Of a DNA stretch of 64,000 nt, positions 44,983 to 55,323 are shown one piece after another. Where the stretch lies: the NCBI GenBank assembly GCA_047495785.1, contig JBLDXI010000002.1:186001-250000 (forward strand), given 5' to 3'. Origin of the DNA: Lepidodermella squamata. Lineage: Eukaryota; Animalia; Gastrotricha. Both the position numbers and the translations under genes were made by a program. Positions within the stretch are counted from its first letter, which is position 1; the number at the start of each line of letters is the position of its first letter. Under the pieces are notes generated by a model, which saw only the letters and a list, made by a program, of their open reading frames with translations, was not told the origin of the DNA and did not search any database.

Positions 44983-45924
44983 ATGCTACGCAACTATGCC
45001 CTGATTGTGGCAGCCTTACTTTTATCTGAGCACTTCCACGTGTTACAAGGCTCTAGAGGCTCTAGAGGCTCTAAAGGCTCTAAAGGCTCCAAAGTGGAAA
45101 GCGAAATCGAAGTCCTACCGCCATTTCCTGGCATTAGGATCTCTCCAACTGACTATGGCAAAAGCCGTGTCTCACCTGAAGCTCGCGTGGTTCTCTATCC
45201 TCAAAATCGGATTCAACAATTAGCGGCTCTTCACGCAGAATTGAAAAGCAAACAGCGCAGAGAAAACATGGATCCTAATTGGGACCCATATCGTGATATT
45301 CTGGAGCTAGCAGGCGATCCAGCGGAAAACACTTTGAGATCATCGTCAGAGAGCTTAAGCAATGACTCGCCAACTCATTTCTCTGATGGCTTGAACGTAC
45401 CAGTAAATGCAGGTCAAGAGCTGTCGCCAGCTCAATCAGTTGAAATCACAGTTAAAAAATCGCGGTGGGATCGAAAGTTGTTTCGAGGCCTGTTCTGGTT
45501 CGGTGTGACAGTACTTTATATCGCAGCCATTGTCGGTATCACAATTGGCATCGTAGAGCTCGTAGCTTACTTCAACCCGGGCAAGAAGAGCGAGCCTGTA
45601 AAGCCAGTTGCAAATAATTGGAAAGGCCTCGACGACAAATCTCGCCTCGACATTCTGACGGGCAACCAACGGAGCGTAGAAGGACGATTTTCACGAGATG
45701 ATAGCGAGACGGAGGAATTGACGGCTCGAATCTTAGCAGTTGACCGTGACGATGATGATTTGCTTTCACAGGGCGCTACTGTCGCTAGGAATTTTCTATT
45801 GCAAGGTCCAGTTGTAGCTCTGAATACATTCCCAAGCCCATATATCCGGCTTATTGTTACTGATCAATATGCAATGCATAACTTCATTTCGTTTGATTAC
45901 GATGGTGAAAGCCTCCCAATGTAA
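44983..45924 (+). CDS. Unknown array family, type G (protein identical to 39884)
   Basis: Offset 5099 nt from 39884. Confidence 0.88.
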   Translation: MLRNYALIVAALLLSEHFHVLQGSRGSRGSKGSKGSKVESEIEVLPPFPGIRISPTDYGKSRVSPEARVVLYPQNRIQQLAALHAELKSKQRRENMDPNWDPYRDILELAGDPAENTLRSSSESLSNDSPTHFSDGLNVPVNAGQELSPAQSVEITVKKSRWDRKLFRGLFWFGVTVLYIAAIVGITIGIVELVAYFNPGKKSEPVKPVANNWKGLDDKSRLDILTGNQRSVEGRFSRDDSETEELTARILAVDRDDDDLLSQGATVARNFLLQGPVVALNTFPSPYIRLIVTDQYAMHNFISFDYDGESLPM

Positions 45925-46161
45925 TAAACATGTCCTGAAGCTCTGAATCTATCAGGCACATTAAATAGCAAACTATCATCATCCTAAGGTTAACTTGACG
46001 GCTCACAAGAAAGATAAGAAAAATTTAGCCATTTTCTTTCATTCTCCTGTCAAAATTTAAGACCGAAAAATCCTCCTTGACATAATTCTCTTCCCATTCA
46101 TGGAGAACTCATTGTAGCTGCTCTACGGGAGAGTCTCCCGCCTCTGGAAAACTTTGATAAA

Positions 46162-47166
46162 ATGCTTAGAAACCCAAAACAAGTTTCATGGCTGTTGCTT
46201 TCCCTAGCGATTTTGAAGTGTCAAGTATCAGGCGATGCAAATCTTGAAGCTCGAATGCCGACTCGCCGTGAAAAGACGCCATTCCAGTTAGCGCTGCTAT
46301 CTGATTGGATATCTGACAACCCTCAGCTGTACAGCCAAGGTTTCGGCTATCCGTATCGACGAGTCGAAACACCAGTTGGAAGCCTAAATTCTGCACCTGG
46401 GGTTATGGAAGTCCCAACAAAGTTCTCCAAAGCCATTTATCGAAGCAAATCAGCTCCGAGTGTTGTTGACCTCGAAAAGGGAGTTCCTAGACAGCCAATC
46501 GAGCGACTACCCGAGTCTCTGATAGCGAAGCTCAGCCCTGAGAGTCAGATTGTCATGAAACCTGGGCAGAGAATACGTCACACAGGTGGGGAAGAAGCAA
46601 GGCTGACATCATCTCATACCACTTCATCAGATACCACTGTAATAGCCGACGTGAACTTTGCGGAAATGGCTGCAGTGAGGTATGAAGCTGAGCAAGTTCA
46701 ATTGCTACCTGGTCACCGGGAGCGCATCGATCAAGCCATCGTGCAGACAACTTGGAAACAACGAGCTTTGGTCGGAGCTTACATCCTAAGCGGAGTAGTA
46801 GTTGCTGCCTTGGTAACGTACGGCATGTATCGCTTGAATCAGTTAATCGATGGCGGGGATGTTCCGAAACAGCACAGAATCAAAGTCCTTCAAACCCCGA
46901 AGGACAACAGTTGGATCGAGGGTCGACTGATGAAGAGTACTTCTTACAATTCGATTTACACTCGAATCTTCAGTTCAATCGATTTGACGGAAGATGATTT
47001 AATGGCGCGAGGAGCTGAACTGGCTGGGGATTATTTGAGTCAAAATATAGCCATTACTCGCAATACATTTCCGAACCCTGAGTTTGGTACTATAATTAAT
47101 GATTATTTTTTAGAAATCGCAATGATCAAAGGAATAGCTTCTTACGACCCTGCAATCGATTACTGA
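46162..47166 (+). CDS. Unknown array family, type H copy 3
   Basis: One amino-acid difference (I/T) from 41063. Confidence 0.88.
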   Translation: MLRNPKQVSWLLLSLAILKCQVSGDANLEARMPTRREKTPFQLALLSDWISDNPQLYSQGFGYPYRRVETPVGSLNSAPGVMEVPTKFSKAIYRSKSAPSVVDLEKGVPRQPIERLPESLIAKLSPESQIVMKPGQRIRHTGGEEARLTSSHTTSSDTTVIADVNFAEMAAVRYEAEQVQLLPGHRERIDQAIVQTTWKQRALVGAYILSGVVVAALVTYGMYRLNQLIDGGDVPKQHRIKVLQTPKDNSWIEGRLMKSTSYNSIYTRIFSSIDLTEDDLMARGAELAGDYLSQNIAITRNTFPNPEFGTIINDYFLEIAMIKGIASYDPAIDY

Positions 47167-47266
47167 ATAAAAATAAAGCAGTTCGAATTTTAGCATTAAA
47201 AAAATCCAGCTTAAATCCTGATCGCCCGGTTTACTTGGGCAGCCGATTCGGTTTTTTAGGACCGGG

Positions 47267-47839
47267 ATGGATTTAAGCTTTGTTCGATTTTTTGCATGGA
47301 CAATGTCACTGGCTCTTCTAAACCAGCAGATAGTAGTTTCAGCCATCGATATTCCGCACAAATTGTCCCCGATCGAAGTTCCCAAATCACAATGGTTCGA
47401 ACTGGACTTTCCTGAAAAAGTTGCAACAGCAGTGCACACGACGGTGTGGAAGCCTTTCAAATTATTAGTAAGTTTTGCTGTTTTCGGAATCTTGGTGACG
47501 GTACTTAGCACAATGATTTGGCGAGAATTCATTGAGTCGGCCAATGATCGGAAAAAGAAACATCAAGCGTACCAAATGCAAAAGCTGGCAGATCAAGGAG
47601 GAGATGCGGGTAGATACGCACGTATAGAAGGAAGGTCGGCAGGCGATTCGAGTGAAATTCTAGGCAGAAAGCTTGGCTCGATGGTTGAACTTGATGGAAG
47701 GGCGGTCGAGGTTTTAAAAGACTTCGATGCTAGCTTGAGTGGCCTCCCAACACCGACAAGGCAGACAGCGGCTAAAGATGTTTTCGCTAGGCTTAGCAGG
47801 GGTATTATCGGAGAGAATGATTACAAAATAAATGACTGA
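47267..47839 (+). CDS. Unknown array family, type I copy 3
   Basis: One amino-acid difference (T/A) from 42168. Confidence 0.82.
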   Translation: MDLSFVRFFAWTMSLALLNQQIVVSAIDIPHKLSPIEVPKSQWFELDFPEKVATAVHTTVWKPFKLLVSFAVFGILVTVLSTMIWREFIESANDRKKKHQAYQMQKLADQGGDAGRYARIEGRSAGDSSEILGRKLGSMVELDGRAVEVLKDFDASLSGLPTPTRQTAAKDVFARLSRGIIGENDYKIND

Positions 47840-48274
47840 ATTCTTGCTAATTTATTCAGTCTTACTAATTTTAGCACTTGAGTTCACATCAAATTATTTT
47901 TTGAAACTGCTAAGTTCATCGATGAGGAGAAAAATCGATCCTCAAGCCTAGTTCCAGCTAGCTTCTGTTGCGGTGCAAATTACGCATTTTTCAAAGGACC
48001 GGAAGCAAGCCTAACAAAACTTGATAAATTGTTGGAAAATTAAGTACTTTGGCCCCGTAAAATTATCATCTAGTATTATCAGTTTACTTTAGAAAAACTG
48101 AAGGAAATTCAATCAGAAACAATCAGAAAGAAAACGCCTAACCAGTTCTGCCCACTGCGCTCTCCGCACGTATGTTTTATATTATAATAATATAGAATTT
48201 TATAATATATTATTATTATATTCAATTAGTGGTAACAAAGTCTTTCAACCAGGTTTAACCTCGAAATTTTTTAA

Positions 48275-50120
48275 TTAATTTGATGATTCACTGGCCACAT
48301 CATTGCAATCGTGCTTCTGCGATCCATCCGGACAATCGCACAACTGTGCGACGCACCTTCTCGCAATCTTGCAGTCGCATATAGCTGGGGATAAATGTTA
48401 TCAATAAGTAGGTATCATTAAACAAATTTCTCCGTCTTACGTTTCAAGCAATCAGGTCCCGTTTTCCATTTATCGAAACAAGAGCAAACATTCGGTGAGC
48501 TGCACCAACCATTTTCCGGACACACTATCGACCCGCAGGCCTCTGAAAAAAAGACAAGAATGTTGATATCCGCGAATAATCATAAAATACGTTGATCGCA
48601 AAATTTTCCAGTCCACCCCATGCTGCATGCACATTTGTTAGCACCACCACATATCCCCCTCTTGCAAACTGGATCGCAATTCGGCCTAACTATTGCGATA
48701 TTGAAACATCGTCATAGAAACCTGAATGCGAGCCTACTAGCTTACTGATTGAGTAGAATCGAGCTTCGACTAAAGCAAGACCTCCGGCAAGACCCCGATT
48801 GCCAACGTAAAATCCGAGAACAGGCGGCTGCATTGTAGGGTCATTTAACGGCAGGAATGGCGCAATTTTGTAGTCGCGAAATATCGATTGGCATCCGCCA
48901 ATGTAGCAAATGTCCAATGATAAAGTGTCGCCGTTCCTAACAACAAGGCCAACGTGGCTTCTACCAGTTACCCATGCCTTGTTAAGGCTGAATCGCGGCT
49001 CAATGGCCCCTGATGTTAAAAAATATTAACTTATCCCCGCCAGCCGTTAATGGCTACGTTACCTGAGACATTTGGAGCCATTGAGATTTGAGATGAAATT
49101 ATCTGGATATTGGCTAAATAGACGCCAAAGCGGATTTGTAAGCCGGCGAAGCTGCTCAAGTTAACGATATCTAAATCCGTCGGGATCGATTTGACGGACG
49201 ATTTCGACAAAATAAATACGCCGTAATAATCGATGTTATTTGAACCCAATTCTGTATGCGTGGTAAAATTGATTGAGAAATCCGTGAATGGCATTATCTG
49301 CAAAATGAACGTGTTGCAGACGTAAAATCATAGCATCCTCAACAACTTTTTTGCTCGTCAAAGTAGTAAAGGTGTTACTGGTTTTTGCTATCTGTATAAA
49401 ATTGTCAGTGGTAAGAATAGGCGATGGTGTATTTCCAGAACTGCTATATGTCCAGTTCTGAGCTGTAAAGACAGGAAAGTAATCATTAGATTAGTGTGTC
49501 TCAAATTGAATAAAATTATTTCAACCAAAGAAGCTCAAGTCGGTTAAGAAAACTGATTAGGGACTGGACGCTTTCCGAATTTCTACGTTAATAAATAGTA
49601 ATACTCCAAACTCTAAAAGTTTGCCTCACCGTAGTTGCCATCGGTTAAGTACGAAAATTCCGGCATGAACATTCGCTGATCCATTATTGGCGATATAACT
49701 GGAATTCAAACAACATCAGCCCTATATTTGCGTCGCCCAAATTCAAGATTCGAACCTTGAGAGCAGTCTGAGCCGGTGAAACGTGCAAGGCACGTGCATA
49801 CATTTTGGTGCAGTGCAGACACTGCCTCTCGGATTGCAAGGAGAGCTGCAAATCGCTGAAAAGTGCACAAGTCAGACTCAATATTTATAACAACAAAAAC
49901 TTGATCAAAGTTTCACCTGTCGTACAATTTGGGCCTGTCCAGCCAGCAGAGCAGGTGCAGATGTTTATCCCCGTGCATGATCCGCCATTGGCGCAAGTTT
50001 GAGCGCAAGCTGTGAATACAAACTGATAACAAAAGTAAAAATGGAAACTTATACCTACTCTGAGCTGAAGTAACAGCGAGTATAGCCGTCTAAGCAGGAA
50101 AAACTATGATAATTATCATC
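48275..50120 (-). pseudogene. Multi-exon secreted EGF / lectin-like beta-sandwich / Cys-rich protein, copy 1; signal exon appears damaged
   Basis: Exons parallel those of copies 2 and 3; exon 1 has an extra T in a homopolymer and TAG where copy 3 has TTG. Confidence 0.65.
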
Positions 50121-50497
50121 TTGAGCTTTTTTGATTATATGTATATAACCTTTTTGTTCGGTTGATTCCAGCTCAACTCTTGGTAGACTGTATTTAATTT
50201 ATGTTGCTAAATTATCGATCATCATGGCTACTTCCTCAAACGTCGATAATTCAGCCATTTTGTTCGGACGCGGTAAAGAAAACGCGTACATAAGAAAAAG
50301 CTGGATTTGCTTGCGTCATTCCAGTTGCTATTGATATGAAACCCCAACTCATTATTTATTATCAAAAAATCACTAAGCAACACGCAATGTCGCATCACCA
50401 ATATTTTTCTGTATCGAACACCAAGACTAGACGTTCCGCGTGTAGATGAATTTCATTTCATCAAATATAGAAAATAAGTGAATAGGAAAAAATAATG

Positions 50498-51428
50498 CAC
50501 ATTTCCCCATCCGCCGGTGTTTCTTCCGCGCGCGCGCTCCTATTGGCTGGGCCTTGTTGCGCAACAACTGAGATAATTACAGCCTTCGTGCGCGCGCGCG
50601 CACGGATAAGAGCAAAGACGGCTGCGCCCTGCGCTGAGTCAGCGAAATGCTTTCAAGAAAATAAAAAAGCTTAAATTAAGGCAGATTTTGTTGTCGAAAA
50701 ACTTGACAAAATATGGATTATCATGTATTTTGTTCGTATTTACCGATCTATTGAATAGAAAACAGAAAATAGTGCGCGCGCAGATTAGAAAATTCAAATT
50801 TTAACTAACAAATTGCGAAAGCGCGCACCGATGGCACGGACTATTTTCGGTGAATTCCATCAAAGTATAGCTTGAGACTCCAACCATTTGATTATTTTCG
50901 CGCTACATCGAATTGATTAAAAAATGTTTCTTGCCCTTGAAAGTTTATGCCTTTGAAAAGTTACCGCTCATTAAAGCCGCTTATAATATAAAGTAGATGT
51001 AGAAATTCCTTAGAATGATCAAAACTCAAGCGCTTCTAAAAATGTAGAAAAATTGCGAATTCACGAAAGCGACATAATATCATGATGAACCATAGTGGCG
51101 CGATTTTATTTTGCTTGGACATATTTTTGAGCGCCCTGTCCATTGTAAGGCATCATTATTTCTCGCATATCTTCTTGATTTGCAATTTTTTCAAACTTGA
51201 TACTAATTGAAAAATGTACTCTCGATGCGCGCGCTTCACATGATATACTGGACTTGTTCAATTCGGGCTAGATGACTTGTGGTTTTCTTGTGATTTTGCA
51301 GCGCGCGCGCGTAGAAAGCTGCAATTATTTGTTGCGCAATGAATGCGCGCGCCGTGCAATTACGCGTAAATTTAACCAACCAATAGGAGCGCGCGCGTGG
51401 AGAAAACACCGGCGGATGGGGAAATGTG
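50498..51428. mobile_element. 931-bp Mutator-like MITE
   Basis: ~55-bp TIR cacatttccccatccgccggtgttt...ctcctattgg; 11-bp direct repeat aaaaaataatg on both flanks. Confidence 0.85.
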
Positions 51429-52113
51429 AAAAAATAATGTTATCGTATGCGGGTGCGAATGTTTTGCAATAATATAGGATCAGAGCTGGAAAACTGGCAG
51501 AAGTGACGCACCAGGTGCGTATGAAATTTTGAGAAAAGTTGGCAATTTTGGCTAATAACAAAGTCAAAAGTTGGTTGAGTTAATATCGTTAGCGACGCGC
51601 CAAAACAACCACTTACTGTACCCCCTCTGCTCGAGAGATCTATGCTGAATGGCTGGTTAATTCATGCCCTGAACTGAAAATATTCCCCTTTTGCTTAATT
51701 CTATGTGGTGGTTGATTCATGGTTCATGGTATAGGTTTATGCTTGCCCGAAAGCTTCTTTCCGCTGCATCAGTATCGATCATTTACAAGGTAGATCTCGC
51801 AGTCACCTCCGGGATAATATGATGCATGTCTATTGCTGAAAAATAATTTCCTGTTGCTTGTTGCTGGTAGACAACATGGTGAACCTGCTCACAGTCGAGC
51901 TTCGCATCCCTCCATAGCTGATTGACACCTAACTTCAGATGCCATATCGGTATGTTAGGAGCACGTAGCTGCCGTATCGATCAGGATTCTCGGAATCTCT
52001 TCATAGATGATTATGAATCAAGTTTTCCATTATCCTTCACCAGCTTATGCGCACTCGCATTTTTATTCATCATAACAGTGCGAATAATGGGCGAAATCGC
52101 TTGCCACCACTTA

Positions 52114-53877
52114 TTATGTACCCACATCGTTACAGTCATGCTTTTGTGATCCATCCAGACAATCGCACATCATCGACACGCACCGTTTAGCAGTCTTACA
52201 GTCGCAGATAGCTGGTTAGAGATTTGAATCAATCAACTTCTACCACTACCTATTTTTTCCTTTCTTACGTTTCAAACAGTCCGGCCCCGTTTTCCATTTG
52301 TCGAAACAAGAGCAAACATTTGGTGAGGTGCACCAACTATTTTTCGGGCAAGCTATCGACCCGCAGGCCTCTGAGAAAATAACACAGATGCTGAGTTTCG
52401 TGGAAAATAAAAAATTACGTTGGTCGCAGAATTGCCCTGTCCAGCCGATGTAGCAGGCACATTTGTTAGTACCACCGCATATCCCCCTCTTGCACACTGG
52501 ATCGCACTTTGGTTTGACTTGAGCGATAGAAAACTCCGTCATCAAAACAACCATATCAAACCCAAAACTTACTGAATGAGTAGAGTCTAACGTCGACCAA
52601 TGAAACACGGCCAGCAGCTGCCCCATTGCCGACAAAAAATCCGAGAACAGGCGGCTGCATTTTCGGGTCCTTTACCGGCAGGAAAGGCGCAATTTTGTAG
52701 TCGCGAAAAATGGCCTGGCATCCACTGATGTAGCAAATGTCTAGTGATAACGTGTCTCCGTTCCTTACTACAAGACCAACGTGACTCCTACCAGATATCC
52801 ACGCCTGGTTAAGGTTGAAGACTGCTTGGACCGCTCCTGAATAGTGGCAGTTCAAAACAGTAGTTAACAAGTAGTTAAGCCTTTGGGAAAAGTTCACCAG
52901 ACAAATCAACGGTCGTAGAAGTTTGCGAAGAAATGATGCCAATTTTCCCCCAATATACACTGAAGCGAATCATCAAACCAGCGAAATTGCTGGTGTTAAC
53001 AACATAATAGTCAGTTGGTTTTGGTTTCATCGAAGAATTCGACAGGATGAATATGCCGTAATGATCGATACCGTTGGGAGCCAAGTCCGTATGTGTTGTG
53101 AAATTAACAGAGAAATCCGTTAGTGCCATTAACTGCAGGGAACAATTTGGTCGAGTTAAATTGATATCAGGTTATCAGGGTTAAATGTATGAATGTATGC
53201 ATGTTTTTCAAAATGTTAAATGATTTACTTTACGACTTGAAAATGCCGTACATGTATAGGCGCCAAGTGCCAAATTGATGAAATTCTCTTGTGATAGAAC
53301 CGTGAAACTCCCGGAGCTGCTAAACTTCCAGTTTTGATCTGCGGATATTGAAAAACATCAATTAGGTGCTGCGAGGGTGGTGTTGGTAATCTAACCGTAA
53401 TTGCCGTCATTCAAGTACGAAAATTCCTCCGAAAACATTCGTTGATCCATCAACGGCGAATTGACTAAGTTTAAAAATGTTCAGCAATCTTTTACAGTTT
53501 TGTTATCAGATGTGATACCTTGAGAGCAGTCTTGGCCAGCGAAACGGGTTAAACAAGTGCAGACATTGGGCGCAGTACAGAGGCCACCCCGGGCATTGCA
53601 AGGCGGGTTGCAAGTAGCTGAAAAATTGGAATATAAACGATTGTTAGATCAAACTTGAAGCTAACCATTTGCACATCTCGATCCTGTCCAACCAGCAGCG
53701 CAAGTGCAAGTATTTGGCGCTGAGCATACTCCGCCATTGGAACACGCTGGGGTACAAGCTGATAGAAAATGAAATATCAAACTATGCAATTTGCTTTAAA
53801 AAATAAGCTTATCAACTTTGAGCTGAAGCTACTGAAAATATAGCCAGTGACAGTGGTAATATTACAAAAATCAGCAT
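52114..53877 (-). CDS. Multi-exon secreted EGF / lectin-like beta-sandwich / Cys-rich protein, copy 2
   Basis: MLIFVILPLSLAIFSVASAQ; two EGF units; TDFSVNFTTH...HVGLVVRNGDTLSLDIC domain; two more EGF units; CDCKTAKRC..CDCLDGSQKHDC tail; short GT-AG introns. Confidence 0.8.
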
Positions 53878-54260
53878 AGGTACTAAATTTGTTCTGTATT
53901 TACATCAAAATGCGCCTCAGATAACTTGAGCTCCAATCGCGTTTGATCGACACCAAACTCTAGATAATATTTATGATTACAAGAAAATGCGTTATTGCAA
54001 AGTTTTTCAGTATCGATCAGCATGGCTAGTTGCTAAAACGTCGATAAATCAGTTGATATATAGTGCGTGATACACACGTGGCCCCATCTTTAACCTGTAT
54101 ATTAAGCCATACGTAAAAAGTAGCTACATTAATCTATCAAAACTATCACTTCTGAGCAGGTGATATCAACATCGAATTGGGACTGAATAGTAAGATCAAG
54201 AGTAGGGCAGGAGTATTTTATCGTCACCATTTGCAAACTAGATAGCAATAAAAACGAACA

Positions 54261-54945
54261 CCGTATTTGTTCCCATATCTACTAAAATTTCAGCCTCGAA
54301 ATTTTGAAAATCTTGAAAAATAATTTTTTGTGAATCTCTCATTTTTTATGTTTACGAACCGACTTGACCCCTCAACCATGGGCTACTATTAGATATGGGC
54401 GATTATTATCGTATGGGCTACTACAGAGAAAATTAGTTATAACGAACCACTACCATGTCAGACCAAAAAGTTCGCTATAAGAAAAGTTCGTTAGAGCAAA
54501 GGCTGAAATTCTGAAATTACCACCATTTAAATCTGAGAATTCATCGATTTTCGAAAAGCCAGAATCTGTCGAAAGTCTCTTCATGGGACGAGTAGGAAGA
54601 CCTATTGGGTTCCTCAACCTCTAGTTTTTACCTTTTCTCAGGAATCACAACAAAACACTGATTTGTAAGAATAAAATGTATGGTTTTTCCATGCAAGTGC
54701 CACGTGGCACATGCGCAAAAATACGGAGTTCGCTATAGCAAACGTGTCCAAGGGGTGTTTTACTGCTGCAGCGCCAGCTCAAAACGTTCGTTATAGACAA
54801 AAGTTCGCTATGAATTATTCGTTATAGCTCAGGTTGTTTACATGCAAAAGTGCCTATTTTGGATCGAGCCAACCAAAATCGTTCGTTATAGGAAAATAAC
54901 ACCGGTTCGTTATAACTAAGTTGCACTTTATTGGAAAAAATACGG
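54261..54945. mobile_element. Mariner/pogo-type MITE with a second element nested at 54424-54928
   Basis: Outer ends ccgtatttgttcc/ggaaaaaatacgg; inner TIR core ttagttataacgaacc, with TA on both sides of the inner element. Confidence 0.75.
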
Positions 54946-55060
54946 TATTACATGTCTGATAGCCTAGAAATGCTTCAGTATAGATTAGTATTCCAGAGTA
55001 GTATTTCGTTGTTGTATTTCACCATTGATTAAGCTGGAGAATTGTTTAATCATTTTCATT

Positions 55061-55319
55061 ATGTGACCACTTTTTAGGCGGGAAACAACGCCGTCTCCTA
55101 TTGGTTCATTCAAATACTACGCGGGCAAACAGTTTTGCGTGGAAAATGATCGTTTTTACAACAATTGGCACGCGTTTTCGATAAAATAGCGCCATATAGC
55201 GCTAAATGGTTGCCAAGCCTATTTTTTCCAATGAAAAAATGATCATTTGAATCGTCCGCGTAGTATTTGAATTAACCAATAGGAGACGGCATTGTTTCCC
55301 GCCTAAAAAGTGGTCACAT
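55061..55319. mobile_element. 259-bp MITE with ~65-bp TIRs, immediately 3' of the copy 3 stop codon
   Basis: atgtgaccactttttaggcgggaaacaa...actacgcgg is inverted at the other end. Confidence 0.85.
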
Positions 55320-55323
55320 GATT

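Larger units (their letters stand above)
32925..48217 (+). repeat. Triplicated F-G-H-I cassette (copies ~32925-37243, ~37590-43095, ~43441-48217) joined by a ~345-bp TTGAGC-rich filler
   Basis: Constant 5099-nt offset between copies 2 and 3; homology ends at an AT-rich palindromic tract (tataatatattatta). Confidence 0.92.

Noticed and set aside
29944-47544. Recurrent minus-strand ORFs across the array
   Set aside because: They are antisense to the coding genes and recur only because the DNA is duplicated
26157-47839. Array proteins as retroviral/viral envelope glycoproteins
   Set aside because: The furin site lies right after the signal peptide, the N-terminal regions are low-complexity and nearly Cys-free, and no gag/pol, LTRs or viral core genes are adjacent
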